A DNA stretch of 64,000 nt from an uncultured Candidatus Rokubacteria bacterium (GTDB lineage: Bacteria; Methylomirabilota; Methylomirabilia; Rokubacteriales; CSP1-6): assembly GCA_963762145.1 (NCBI GenBank), contig CAVXJS010000008.1, positions 1 to 64,000 on the forward strand. Direction: 5' to 3'. The notes under the pieces were generated by a model. The model saw nothing but the letters and a program-made list of their open reading frames with translations, did no database searches and had not been told where the DNA came from. Shown here piece after piece: positions 10,698 through 20,835 of this stretch. Each line of letters begins with the position of its first letter. Positions within the stretch are counted from its first letter, which is position 1. The translations under genes and the position numbers were made by a program.

Positions 10698-12497
10698 TCA
10701 GCCGGCGTGACCCACGGTGAGGGTGGCGGAACGACTTCCGATCTCGGCGGTGAGCTCGGCCACGATGCGCTCTACCGGCACCGCGCCGACGTCTTCGCCG
10801 GTGCGCCGGCGCAGGCTCGCCGCGCCGCTCTGGGCCTCGCGCTCGCCCACGACCAGCATGTACGGCACCTTGCGCACCTGGGCGTCGCGGATGCGGTAGC
10901 CCAGCTTCTCGTTGCGATCGTCGAGCTCGGCGCGGATGCGCGCAGCGCGCAGGGCCGCGAAGACCTTCCGCCCGTACTCGGCGTGCTTCTCGCTGATCGG
11001 CAGGACCCGCGCCTGCACCGGGGCCAGCCACGTCGGAAAGGCGCCCGCAAAGTGCTCGGTGAGGATCGCCACGAAGCGCTCGTAGGAGCCGAAGATCGCG
11101 CGGTGGATCACCACCGGCCGCTTCGCCTGGCCGTCCGTGTCGATGTACTCGCACTGCATGCGCTCGGGCAGCATCGTGAGGTCCACCTGGATGGTGGCGA
11201 GCTGCCACTGCCGCCCCAGGGCGTCCTCCACGTCGATGTCGATCTTGGGCCCGTAGAAGGCTCCGCCGCCCTTGTCCAGATCGGAGACGAGGTCGTTCGC
11301 GCGCAGGGCCTGGTGGAGCGCGTCCTCCGCCTGGTCCCACTGCTGCTCGGTGCCGAGCTTGTCGGGCGGCCGCGTGGCGAGCCGGTACGAGGGCTGCAGG
11401 TTGAAGGTGGCGTACCACTCTCGCACCAGCTGGAGGAGATCCGTGATCTCGGACTGGACCTGTTCCGGCCGGCAGTAGAGGTGCGCGTCGTCCTGGGTGA
11501 ACTGGCGCACCCGCACCAGCCCGGACAGCGCGCCCGAGCGCTCGTTGCGGTGGCAGCGCCCCATCTCCGAGTAGCGGATGGGGAGGTCCCGGTAGGAGCG
11601 CAGCGCGCGCTTGTAGACGTAGGCCGACTCCGGGCAGTTCATGGGCTTGAGGCTGAAGACCTCGTCCTCGACCTCGAACTTGAACATGTTGTCCTGGTAG
11701 AGATCCCAGTGACCCGACTGCATCCAGAGCTTCTTGTTCACGAGCAGCGGGGTGGCGATCTCCTGGTAGCCGCGCGCGTCGAGCGACTCCCGGGCGAACT
11801 TCTCCAGCTCGCGGACCAGGGTCATCCCTCCGGGCAGCCAGAACGGCGCCCCCGGCGCGATGTCGAAGAAGTCGAACAGGTCGAGCTCGCGCCCGAGCTT
11901 GCGGTGATCGCGCTTCTTGGCCTCCTCGAGCCGCCAGACGTGCTTGTCCAGCTCCTCCTGCGTGAGCCAGGCCGTCCCGTAGATCCGCTGCAGCATCGGG
12001 TTCTTCTCGTCCCCGCGCCAGTAGGCGCCGGAGCTCGAGAGCAGCTTGAAGGCCTTGAGCTGACCGGTCGACGTGACGTGGGGCCCGCGGCAGAGGTCGA
12101 GGAAATCGCCCTGCCGGTAGATCGAGACCGTCGGCACGTCGAGCCCGCGCAGGATCTCGACCTTGAACGGCTCGCCCCGCTCCTCGAAGAAGGTGATCGC
12201 CTTCTCCCGCGGCATCTCCTCACGCATGAACGGATAGTCCGCCTTCACGATCTCCCGCATCACCTGCTCGATGCGCTCGAGATCCTCCGGCGTGAACGGG
12301 GTCGACTTCAGGAAGTCGTAGTAGAACCCGTCCTCGATGGCGGGACCGATCGCCACCTTCACCTCGGGGAACAGCCGCTTCACCGCCTGGGCCATCACGT
12401 GGGACGTGGAGTGGCGCAGGGTGGGCAGAGGCTCGGGGAGGCAGTCGAACTCCCCCGCGAACTCCAGGTGCCGCGCTTCTTCGGACGACTCGGCCAT
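10698..12497 (-). CDS. thrS: Threonine-tRNA ligase, short form without N-terminal TGS domain
   Basis: LRHSTSHVMAQAV, DLCRGPH, RDHRKLG, LKPMNCP, RVRQFTQDDAH, FYGPKID, IHRAIFGSYERF. Confidence 0.98.
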   Translation of the reverse strand: MAESSEEARHLEFAGEFDCLPEPLPTLRHSTSHVMAQAVKRLFPEVKVAIGPAIEDGFYYDFLKSTPFTPEDLERIEQVMREIVKADYPFMREEMPREKAITFFEERGEPFKVEILRGLDVPTVSIYRQGDFLDLCRGPHVTSTGQLKAFKLLSSSGAYWRGDEKNPMLQRIYGTAWLTQEELDKHVWRLEEAKKRDHRKLGRELDLFDFFDIAPGAPFWLPGGMTLVRELEKFARESLDARGYQEIATPLLVNKKLWMQSGHWDLYQDNMFKFEVEDEVFSLKPMNCPESAYVYKRALRSYRDLPIRYSEMGRCHRNERSGALSGLVRVRQFTQDDAHLYCRPEQVQSEITDLLQLVREWYATFNLQPSYRLATRPPDKLGTEQQWDQAEDALHQALRANDLVSDLDKGGGAFYGPKIDIDVEDALGRQWQLATIQVDLTMLPERMQCEYIDTDGQAKRPVVIHRAIFGSYERFVAILTEHFAGAFPTWLAPVQARVLPISEKHAEYGRKVFAALRAARIRAELDDRNEKLGYRIRDAQVRKVPYMLVVGEREAQSGAASLRRRTGEDVGAVPVERIVAELTAEIGSRSATLTVGHAG

Positions 12498-12514
12498 GGT
12501 TCCCCTGTTTCAGA

Positions 12515-12551
12515 GACAACAAAGCATCACTGGGCTGCGCCCGGTGATGCT
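12515..12551 (-). terminator. Terminator-like hairpin between tRNA-Val and thrS
   Basis: AGCATCACCGGGC-GCA-GCCCAGTGATGCT followed by TTGTTGT on the minus strand. Confidence 0.5.
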
Positions 12552-12622
12552 CGCAACTCCCTCACTCGCTCACGCGCGACCAGCTAGCGATGCGCACCCC
12601 CAAAGGGCTGCCGTGAAACGAA

Positions 12623-12698
12623 ATGGTAGGCTCGGGCGGTTTCGAACCGCCGACCTCTACCGTGTCAAGGTAGCGCTCTCCCACTGAGCTACGAGCCT
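12623..12698 (-). tRNA. tRNA-Val(GAC)
   Basis: AGGCTCG acceptor, TAGCTCAGTGGGAGAGC D arm, CTACC-TTGACAC-GGTAG anticodon arm, GGTTCGAAACC T arm, encoded CCA; one extra C in the acceptor 3' strand. Confidence 0.96.
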
Positions 12699-12718
12699 AC
12701 GCCCCGAAAGCATTGAAT

Positions 12719-12747
12719 ACACTACCGGCCGCGGCCTCCCCCGTCAA
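12719..12747 (-). promoter_or_regulatory. sigma70-type promoter for tRNA-Val/thrS
   Basis: TTGACG, 17 bp spacer, TAGTGT. Confidence 0.6.
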
Positions 12748-14207
12748 GGGAAACGGCCCGCCGCCAGCCCGTCCAGAACCGTCTCGATGAGGCCGGGGCC
12801 ATCTTCCGGCGCCAGGAGCACCCGGGAGGCCGCCAGCATCGGGTAGCCGTCCTGCCCCCGGGCCAGGTAGTCGGGCACCGCGACCCGATAAAGCCCCGCC
12901 GGGTCGAGCGGCCGCCCCTCGATCACGATCGCCCCGACCCGCTGGCCGGGTGGCCGGGCCGGATCCACGGTCATCTGGATTCCGGCGGTCTGAAGAAAAT
13001 GCCCGGTGGGACGCGGGAGCTCGTCCACCGAGCGCTCGAGCGCAGCCCGGAGGGCCGCCCCCGTCACCTCGAGCAGCGTCACGGTGTTGCTGAAGGGTAG
13101 CAGCTCGCGGACGTCCTTCTTCGTGATGGCGCCCGGCGGGATCACCCGGTTGCCGCGCATGGCGCCGCTGTTGAGCAGCCCCACCTGGGCGCCCACGCGA
13201 TCGCGCAGGAGCCCCGCGACGAACCGGCCGAGCGGCGTCTCCTCGCGGCGCGTCTGGCTCTCGCGCGCATCGAGAGCCACCGCGGTGCGACCCACCTCCA
13301 CGTCGAGCTCGCGCGCCAGCAGCGCGGCCTGCCCCCGCACGAACGCGACGATGTCGGCGGCCTCGGCCAGGCGCTCGTCCACCGGGATGAGGCGCTGACG
13401 GCGGGCGATGACGGCGCCGCAGCGGATCTCGTACTCGACCTGCCCCACGTTGAGCGCATCTGAGCCGGCCTTGACGATCACCGTCCGCCCTTCCTCGTGG
13501 AGCATGGCATCGTGGTCGTGCCCGCCCAGGATCGCGTCCACCGCCGTCGCGGCGGCCAGCTCCCGATCCTGGCGGAGCGGGAGATGGGTCACCGCCACGC
13601 GCAGATCCACCGGCTCCAGCGCGGCGAAGGCGGCGCGGCCCGCCGTGAGCGGGTCCTCGAACCGCAGGCCCGGGCCGGGATTGGACGTGCGCGCCGCCTC
13701 GGGCGTGGTGAGCCCGACCACGCCGACGCGTACGCCGCCGAGCTCCCACACGCGCCCGCGCCCGGCGCCGGCGGCCGGCTGGCCGGTGGCGCGGTCGAGC
13801 ACGTTGGCCGACAGCCACGCGAAGCGCGACTCCCGCACGCGCTCGGCCAGCACCGCGGCGCCGAAATCGAACTCGTGGTTCCCGAAGGTGGCGACGTCGA
13901 GGCCCACCGCATTCCAGCCCTCGATCATCTGCGCCCCCTGCCGCAGCGTCGAGAGCAGCGACGGCGAGAGCGTGTCCCCGGCGAGGACGAAGAGCGTGTG
14001 AGGAGTCCGGCCGCGCAGCTCGCGCACCAGCGTCGCCACGCGCGCGAGCCCGCCGCGGCCGGCCACCGGCTCGAGCACGTAGACGTCGTTGACGAGGAGG
14101 AGCTGGACGCGGACCGGCGGGCGATCCGCGCAGCGGGTCTCCGCGCAGCCCGTACACGCGATCGCGGCCAGCAGGGCCAGCCGGAGGAAGCGGGCGGCGG
14201 GCTTCAG
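12744..14207 (-). CDS. Bifunctional metallophosphatase/5'-nucleotidase, probable lipoprotein; start uncertain
   Basis: VNDVY, AGDTLSPS, FGNHEFDFG, LGGHDH, LLNSGAMRG, LLPFSN; in-frame upstream extension gives RFLRLALLAAIACTGC signal/lipobox. Confidence 0.88.
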   Translation of the reverse strand: MKPAARFLRLALLAAIACTGCAETRCADRPPVRVQLLLVNDVYVLEPVAGRGGLARVATLVRELRGRTPHTLFVLAGDTLSPSLLSTLRQGAQMIEGWNAVGLDVATFGNHEFDFGAAVLAERVRESRFAWLSANVLDRATGQPAAGAGRGRVWELGGVRVGVVGLTTPEAARTSNPGPGLRFEDPLTAGRAAFAALEPVDLRVAVTHLPLRQDRELAAATAVDAILGGHDHDAMLHEEGRTVIVKAGSDALNVGQVEYEIRCGAVIARRQRLIPVDERLAEAADIVAFVRGQAALLARELDVEVGRTAVALDARESQTRREETPLGRFVAGLLRDRVGAQVGLLNSGAMRGNRVIPPGAITKKDVRELLPFSNTVTLLEVTGAALRAALERSVDELPRPTGHFLQTAGIQMTVDPARPPGQRVGAIVIEGRPLDPAGLYRVAVPDYLARGQDGYPMLAASRVLLAPEDGPGLIETVLDGLAAGRFP

Positions 14208-14211
14208 GGAG

Positions 14212-15210
14212 CTAGCGGAGGAACTGGTTCACGAGACCGCTCACGATCTGGTACTTGAACTGCCCGTTGATCGCGAGGGTTTGCTTGGCGATGTCGTCGG
14301 GCACCGGCGGGAACGGCTGCGCCAGCTTGACGGCGGTGAGGGCGGCATCGTCGAGGATGGTGGTGCCCGAGGAATGGCGCAGCTCGATGTGCGAGAGGCG
14401 GCCGTCCTTGGCGATGTGGAACTCGATCAGCAGCTCCCCCTCGATACCGCGGTCGCCCGCCTGGCGCGGATAGATCCAGTTGGCCTTGATCCGCTCCCGG
14501 ATCTTGTTGAAGTAGTCCTGATACTTCGGCTCCGGCGTATCGAGCGGGATCGGGTCGCCCTCGACGCCGCCCCGGCCGCCGCCGGTGAGTCCCCCGCCGC
14601 CGCCGGGCTGCCGCCGCATGCTGTCCAGCGGACGGGCCACGGCCACCTGGGGCGGCGCCGGAGGCGCGGACACGCTGGGCTGGCTCGGGCTCGGCGCGGC
14701 CTGCGAGGGCGACGGGTCGGGCGCGGTCGGCCGCGGCTCCGGCGTCTTGACCATGGGATCGGGCGCGGGCTCCGCCTTGGCGACGGCCTGGGGCGGCGCG
14801 GGCGCCGTCGGCCGGGGCGGAGGCGGTGTCGGCCTGGGCGCGGGCGCCCGGGGCGCCTCGACCGCGCGGGCCGGCGGGCTGGGCGGACGTTCACGCGCCG
14901 CTGGAGGATCCACCGGGCGTGCCGGGTTGCCGAGCGGGGCCTTCTCCTCCGGCCGATCGGGGGCGATGTCCACCATCAACGGCTCGCCACGCTTGGCGAG
15001 CTGCGCGGGCCGCAAGAAGCCGGGGATCACGATGAAGGGCACGACGAGGAAGAGATGGAATAGCACCGATGTCACGATGGCCAGAGCCAGCGTGCGGCGG
15101 GCCGGGTCCTTGGGGAGCCGAATCCTCCACTTCACATGCGTGATTATGATCTGCTTCTCGCGGCCGTGCAACGTAACTGTGCGGGTTAGCGCGCTAAAAT
15201 ACGCAGACAC
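14212..15210 (-). CDS. TonB-family energy transducer (true start may be near 15137)
   Basis: TM helix with SVLFH, Pro-rich linker, TonB_C domain (WIYP...IEFHIAKDG...SSG...LDDAALTAV...PFPP). Confidence 0.85.
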   Translation of the reverse strand: MSAYFSALTRTVTLHGREKQIIITHVKWRIRLPKDPARRTLALAIVTSVLFHLFLVVPFIVIPGFLRPAQLAKRGEPLMVDIAPDRPEEKAPLGNPARPVDPPAARERPPSPPARAVEAPRAPAPRPTPPPPRPTAPAPPQAVAKAEPAPDPMVKTPEPRPTAPDPSPSQAAPSPSQPSVSAPPAPPQVAVARPLDSMRRQPGGGGGLTGGGRGGVEGDPIPLDTPEPKYQDYFNKIRERIKANWIYPRQAGDRGIEGELLIEFHIAKDGRLSHIELRHSSGTTILDDAALTAVKLAQPFPPVPDDIAKQTLAINGQFKYQIVSGLVNQFLR

Positions 15211-15563
15211 TGCGCGGGCCGGATTTCACGAAACAAGTGCGCGATCTGCATCCTGCTGCTCACCCGGAATCACTACGGCGTGATGCTCAGCGACCTGCCG
15301 AGTCCGGCGAATACGCGACGTGTCTGCGCCGGACCACCGAGTCGATGCCGAGGTCGTTGAACGAGCAGAGGCGTAGCTATTGCCCCCAGGTAGGCCACCC
15401 CGTTGTGGCGAATTTCATGACGAATTCTGTCCGTCTGGTGACATGGGGCGGCGGCTTTTCCGGCCCTCTCTACGCAATCGTCACGGCTTTACGCAAGAAT
15501 TTCACGCCTTTGCGAAGTCCATGAGTTGGCACGACCTTGGAAAGCAAGAGGACCCCCAACGCC

Positions 15564-16385
15564 ATGAGACTCCTGACCAAACTACTCGTCGCGGTGCCTG
15601 TCCTGCTCCTGATCGCCACCTCTCCCTCCGCGCAGCAGCAGCCACCGCCGCTCGCGTTCGGGGTGCTGAATCAGCAGAGCCCCGCGCTGACCGCGGAGCG
15701 CTGGAACCCGATCCTGTCCTACGTGAGCACCGCGAGCAGTGTGCCGCTGCAGCTCAAGATGGGCCGGACGGTGCAGGACACCAACGCGATGATGGCGCGC
15801 GGGGAGCTGGACTTCGTCTTCACGAATCACAATTTCCAGACCGAGTTCGACACCATCGGCTTCAAGGTGATCGCCCGCTGGGCGGGCGAGCCGATCCGCG
15901 CGGTCATCGCGGTGCCGGCGGACAGCCCGATCAAGCATCTCCACGAGCTGAACGGCAAGCGCGTGTCGTTTCCGTCGACGGACGCCTTCGCCGGCTACGC
16001 GGTCCCGCTGATGGCGCTCAAGCGGGCGGGCGTGCAGGTCGAGGAGATGTTCGGCGGCAACCAGGAAGGCACGCTCGCGCAGGTCAAGGCGAAGCGGGTC
16101 GAGGCCGGGGCGGTCAACTCACGGTTCCTCAGCCAGTACGCGGAGCGCGAGCACGTGCAGTTCCGCGAGATCTACGTGTCCGAAGGCTTTCCCGATCTGG
16201 CGGTGATCGCGCATCCGCGCGTGCCCGCGGCCACGGTGGAGCGTGTCCGCCGCGCGCTGCTCGCGATGACCAGCGACCCCGCCGCCGCGCCGGTGCTGGC
16301 CGCGGCCAAGTCCAAGGGCTTCGAGCCCGCGGGCGAGCGCGACTACGACGGCGTCCGCCGCGTGTATCGGCTCATCGGCCAGTGA
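15564..16385 (+). CDS. PhnD-like phosphate/phosphonate-type solute-binding protein
   Basis: Signal peptide; [50 protein letters not shown]. Confidence 0.8.
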   Translation: MRLLTKLLVAVPVLLLIATSPSAQQQPPPLAFGVLNQQSPALTAERWNPILSYVSTASSVPLQLKMGRTVQDTNAMMARGELDFVFTNHNFQTEFDTIGFKVIARWAGEPIRAVIAVPADSPIKHLHELNGKRVSFPSTDAFAGYAVPLMALKRAGVQVEEMFGGNQEGTLAQVKAKRVEAGAVNSRFLSQYAEREHVQFREIYVSEGFPDLAVIAHPRVPAATVERVRRALLAMTSDPAAAPVLAAAKSKGFEPAGERDYDGVRRVYRLIGQ

Positions 16386-18774
16386 AGTCCAGCCTCCGCA
16401 CCCTTCTGCTCGGCTTCTCCAGCGTGGCGATCGTCATCGTCACGCTGAGCGGCCTCGCGGTCAACCTCCGCGATCGGAGCAACGCGGCCCGGGTGCGGCT
16501 GAGCGAACAGACGGAGCGACTCGCCGCCGCGGCGGGGCCATTGCTGCTCGACTCGCTGGTGGTCGGCGACCTCGCGCGCGCCGAGCAGACGCTGCGGAAC
16601 CTGAACGCGGATTCGGTGTGGAGCCTCGTGACCCTCTACGAGGCCGACGGCCGGCTCATCTTCGACGCCTCCCCGGACAATCTCCGCCGCTCCGAGGCGC
16701 CCCGCTGGGTCAGACACCTGGTGCCGCTGACGCTCGAGGAGCATCGCGTGCCGATCGCGGCGGCGCCGGTCGTCTACGGGGTCCTCGCGGTCACTCCCTC
16801 GGTGCAGAGTCTCGAGAGCGAGCTCTGGGCCGAGATCCGCACCATGATCGCGGTCACCGGCGTGCTCCTGGTGACCCTGCTCGGTCTCACCCACGTGATC
16901 CTGCTCGTCGGCCTTCGCCCGGTGCGCGCCCTCGCGGAGAGCGCAGCGCGGCTCGGGAGCGGCGATCTCACCACCCGGATGCCCGAGACCCGGCTGAGCG
17001 AGATGGCACCCACCGTGCGCGCGTTCAACTCGATGGCGGCCAGCCTCGAGCAGGCCCTGCACGACGCGCGCACCCGTGAGACGCGGCTGGAGAGCCTCGT
17101 CGAGATCAGCGGCGACCTCTCCCGGATGCAGGAGCTCGACTCCCTCCTCGGGCGCATCGCCGACGCGTGCGGGCGCCTCGTCAACACCGACTGGGTGGGC
17201 TTCCGACTCGTGGACGGCGACGAGCTGGTCGTCGCGGGCACGCTCGGCGCCGGCAAGAACATGGCCGTGAAGCCGCGGATCAAGATCGGCGAGAGCCTCG
17301 ACGGCCAGGTCGCGAGTACCGGCCGCGCCCTGATGCTCCGGGATCCGGCCAACCATCCCGACCTGGACCCCGAGCACGGGGCCTCGATGCGGCGCTTCGG
17401 CTATCGCGGGCTCCTGACGGTGCCGGCCAAGATCGGCGACCGCGTGGTCGGGGTGCTGAGCTTCCTCACCACCCGCGAGGAGGGCTTCACCGCGGAGGAC
17501 ATGGCGATCGCCACCGCCTTCGCCTCCCACGCCGCGATCGCGCTCGAGAACAGCCGCCTGCTGATCGAGTCCCGGCGCGCCTACGACGAGCTGGCCGAGA
17601 CCCAGGGCCAGCTCGAGCAGGCCCAGAAGATGGAGGCGATCGGCCGCCTCGCGGGCGGCGTCGCGCACGACTTCAACAACCTGCTCACCGTCATCCTCGG
17701 ATGCACCGACATCCTGCTGCACCCCTTGAAGCCCGAGGACCCGCATGCGCCGCGGCATCGAGCTGATCCAGCGCAGCCGCCGGCCGCGCGGCCGACCTCA
17801 CCCGGCAGCTCCTGGCCTTCAGCCGCAAGCAGGTCCTCGAGCCCGTCGTGCTCGACCTGAACGCGGTGGTCACCGACATGAAGGACCTGCTCGCGGCGGC
17901 TGATCGGCGAGGACATCGCGCTCCTGACCAACCCGACGCCCGGGCTCGGCCGCGTGAAGGCCGACCGCGGCCAGATCGAGCAGGTGATCATGAACCTGGC
18001 GGTCAACGCGCGCGACGCCATGCCCCAGGGCGGCCGCCTCACCATCGAGACCGCGAACGTGGATCTCGACGACGAGTACGTGCGCCGGCACGTGGGCGCG
18101 CGGCCGGGCCCGCACGTCATGCTCGCGGTCACCGACACCGGCGTCGGCATGGACCGCGCGAGATCCAGGCCCAGATCTTCGAGCCGTTCTTCACGACCAA
18201 GGAGCAGGGCAAGGGCACCGGGCTCGGCCTGGCCACCGTGTACGGGATCGTCAAGCAGAGCGGCGGCTACATCGAGGTGGACAGCGAGCCGGGTCAGGGC
18301 ACCACCTTCCGCATCTACCTGCCGCGTCTCGACGCGGCGGCGACGACGGTGGACCGCACCGCGCGGCCGACCGCGGCCGCGGGCGGCACCGAGACGATCC
18401 TCCTGGTCGAGGACGAGGAAGGCGTGCGCGAGCTCGCGCGCGACATCCTCCGGGCCAGCGGCTACACCGTGCTCGAGGCGCGCAACGGCCCCGAGGCCCT
18501 CCTGCTCTGCGAGCGGCACCAGGGCCCGCTCGACCTGCTGCTCACCGACGTGGTCATGCCCCGCATGAGCGGCCGCGAGCTGGCCGAGCGCCTGGCCCCG
18601 CTGCGGCCCGAGCTGAGCGTGCTGTACATGTCCGGCTACACCGACGACGCGGTCATCCGCCACGGGGTGCTGGCCGCGGGCACCGCCTTCCTGCAGAAGC
18701 CGTTCACCCCCGCCGCCCTGGTCCAGCGCGTCCGCGAGACGCTCGACCTCACCGCGGCGGCGAACGCCGCCTGA
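16382..18774 (+). CDS. Membrane hybrid sensor histidine kinase (HAMP-GAF-HisKA-HATPase-REC), frameshifted
   Basis: Two TMs, [69 protein letters not shown]. Confidence 0.93.
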
Positions 18775-18781
18775 TCGTCCC

Positions 18782-19798
18782 CTAGAGGCTCCGGCCCACC
18801 GCTTCCGCCACCGGCCGCAGCTCGCGCATCAGCTGGGCGAACTTCGACGGCTTGAGCGACTGCGGCCCGTCCGACAGCGCCTCCTCCGGGCGCGGGTGCA
18901 CCTCGATGATCAGCCCGTCCGCGCCGCACGCTACCGAGGCCTTGGCCATCGGGGCCACCAGGTCCCAGTGCCCGGTGCCGTGCGAGGGATCCACCACGAC
19001 CGGCAGGTGGCAGAGCTTCTTGAGCACCGGCACCGCGTTCAGATCCAGCGTGAACCGGGTGGCGGGCTCGAAGGTGCGGATGCCGCGCTCGCAGAGAATC
19101 ACGTTGGGATTGCCGGCCGCGAGGATGTATTCGGCCGAAAGCAGGAACTCCTGGATCGTGGTCGCCATGCCCCGCTTGAGCAGGACCGGCTTGCCGATCT
19201 CCCCTACCCGGCGCAGCAGGGAGAAGTTCTGGATGTTCCGCGCCCCGATCTGGAGGATGTCGCTGTACTCCGCCACCACCTCCACGCTCTCGGTCTCGAG
19301 CACCTCGGTGACCACCGGAAGACCGGTGCGCTTGCGCGCCTCCGCCAGGTACCGGAGCCCCTGCTCCTTCAGCCCCTGGAAGGCGTAGGGCGAGGTGCGC
19401 GGCTTGTAGGCCCCGCCCCGCAGGATCCGCGCCCCCGATGCCTTGACCGCCTCCGCCACCTCGAGCACCTGCGCCTCCGACTCGACCGAGCAGGGCCCCG
19501 CCATCACCACCACGTCGCGGCCGCCCACCGTGACCCCATTGATGCGCACCTCGCTCGACTCGCGGCGCACCTCGCGGCTGGCCAGCTTGAACGGCTGCTG
19601 CACCGGCATGACCGACTCGACGGTCTCCAGCGCCTCGAGCAGGCGCAGGTCGGGGCGGCCGCGCTCCTCGCCGACCGCGGCCACGATGGTCTTGAACTCG
19701 CCCCGGATGACGTGGGGCCCGTAGCCCATCTCGGTGATGCGGCGGCACACGTCGCTCACGTCGGCGTCGCTGATACCGGACTTCAGCACGATGATCAT
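18782..19798 (-). CDS. aroF: DAHP synthase, type I-beta with N-terminal ACT-like regulatory domain
   Basis: [56 protein letters not shown]. Confidence 0.96.
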   Translation of the reverse strand: MIIVLKSGISDADVSDVCRRITEMGYGPHVIRGEFKTIVAAVGEERGRPDLRLLEALETVESVMPVQQPFKLASREVRRESSEVRINGVTVGGRDVVVMAGPCSVESEAQVLEVAEAVKASGARILRGGAYKPRTSPYAFQGLKEQGLRYLAEARKRTGLPVVTEVLETESVEVVAEYSDILQIGARNIQNFSLLRRVGEIGKPVLLKRGMATTIQEFLLSAEYILAAGNPNVILCERGIRTFEPATRFTLDLNAVPVLKKLCHLPVVVDPSHGTGHWDLVAPMAKASVACGADGLIIEVHPRPEEALSDGPQSLKPSKFAQLMRELRPVAEAVGRSL

Positions 19799-19828
19799 CG
19801 TTCTCTCCTGTTGGGCGTCTTGCTGTGG

Positions 19829-19864
19829 AAACAGAAACGCCGCGGGCCGGTTGGCCCGCGGCGT
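19829..19864 (-). terminator. Intrinsic terminator of the aroF attenuator
   Basis: Perfect 12-bp stem ACGCCGCGGGCC-AACC-GGCCCGCGGCGT then TTCTGTTT, about 30 nt before the aroF ATG. Confidence 0.85.
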
Positions 19865-19917
19865 CTATCGTTTGTCTGGCGCCACGGGCTGTTCGTCCGC
19901 CCGCGGCTCCCTTTCGC

Positions 19918-19995
19918 TCAGCTCATGGGAGCCAGTAGGCGGACGGTGGGAAAGTAAAAATACGCCCGCCACGCGTGGTGTCCGCGCGTCGTCAT
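19918..19995 (-). CDS. Aromatic amino-acid attenuator leader peptide MTTRGHHAWRAYFYFPTVRLLAPMS
   Basis: Hand-translated 25-codon ORF with a TGG CGG GCG TAT TTT TAC TTT cluster, between a promoter and the terminator upstream of aroF. Confidence 0.8.
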   Translation of the reverse strand: MTTRGHHAWRAYFYFPTVRLLAPMS

Positions 19996-20043
19996 CCCGG
20001 GGCCCGTCGTGCGCACTGGCTCGAAGTCCTCCAAAGTGGGGCG

Positions 20044-20072
20044 AGTCTACGAGTCTCGCTTCTCTCTGTCAA
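20044..20072 (-). promoter_or_regulatory. sigma70 promoter for the aroF leader
   Basis: TTGACA, 17 bp spacer, TAGACT; overlaps the end of the upstream gene. Confidence 0.75.
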
Positions 20073-20790
20073 GCTCCTGGTTGGGTCCCCCGCCGCGGGC
20101 CACGCTTCGTCCGTGGAACCAGGCCATGATCCGGTGGCGGTAGTAGTAGAGCGGCAGGGCCACCGCCACCGCGACCGCGGTGACCAGGATGGCGTGCATG
20201 TAGTCCCCCGCCGCGGTATGCGCCCCCTGGGCCGAGAGAACCCAGGTTCCGGGGATCCGGCCGAGCCCCGAGACCAGCGCGAACACCCAGAGCGGCATCG
20301 GGCTGATCCCGAAGAGATAGCACACGATGTCCTTCGGCAATCCCGGGATCAGGTAGACGATGAAGCACAGCACCGCCCCCTCGGCCTCGACGATGAAGCC
20401 GAGGCGGTTCCAGGTCTCTGCGCTCACCAGGTTCTTCACGTAGTGGGCACCGAGCCAGCGGCCGATGGCGAAGGCTCCGATGGAGCCCAGGGTGAGGCCG
20501 ATACTGGAGTAGAGCAGCCCCAGCCACTGCCCGAAGAGATAGCCGCCCAGGATGCCGGTCGCCTCGCCCGGGATCGGCGACAGGATCACCTGCAGCGCCT
20601 GGAGCACGATGAAGATGACCGGCGCGAGAACGCCCCACTCGCGCAGCGTCTTCTTCAGGAAGATCTTGTCCGCGTACAGCCGGACGACGAACTGGTAGAT
20701 GGGCGCGTTCGTCATCACGAGCCAGGCGCAGCCGCCGATGAGCAGCCCGACGACGCCGATGATGATGCCCCAGCGTAAGCGCCGGCTCAT
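20047..20790 (-). CDS. TVP38/TMEM64 (DedA/VTT) membrane protein
   Basis: LQVILSPIPGE..GGYLFG..GLLYS, YLIPGLPKD, GRIPGT. Confidence 0.88.
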   Translation of the reverse strand: MSRRLRWGIIIGVVGLLIGGCAWLVMTNAPIYQFVVRLYADKIFLKKTLREWGVLAPVIFIVLQALQVILSPIPGEATGILGGYLFGQWLGLLYSSIGLTLGSIGAFAIGRWLGAHYVKNLVSAETWNRLGFIVEAEGAVLCFIVYLIPGLPKDIVCYLFGISPMPLWVFALVSGLGRIPGTWVLSAQGAHTAAGDYMHAILVTAVAVAVALPLYYYRHRIMAWFHGRSVARGGGPNQELDREKRDS

Positions 20791-20835
20791 CCGAGCGTCC
20801 CCGTTGACACCCCCGCCACCCCCTCGGGCTCCCGG

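Noticed and set aside
12500-12622. T-box riboswitch upstream of thrS
   Set aside because: No GGTGGxACCGCG T-box motif or specifier stem was found, and the leader is short
12600-12700. tRNA-Val as an integration site for an island
   Set aside because: No integrase and no duplicated tRNA 3' end seen in the window
15527-15543. sigma54 promoter TTGGCACGACCTTGGAA
   Set aside because: Good -24 element, but the -12 GC is absent at the required spacing
15380-17860. 826-aa ORF as a single protein
   Set aside because: The N-terminal third is an off-frame overlap with the PhnD-like gene; the kinase starts at 16382
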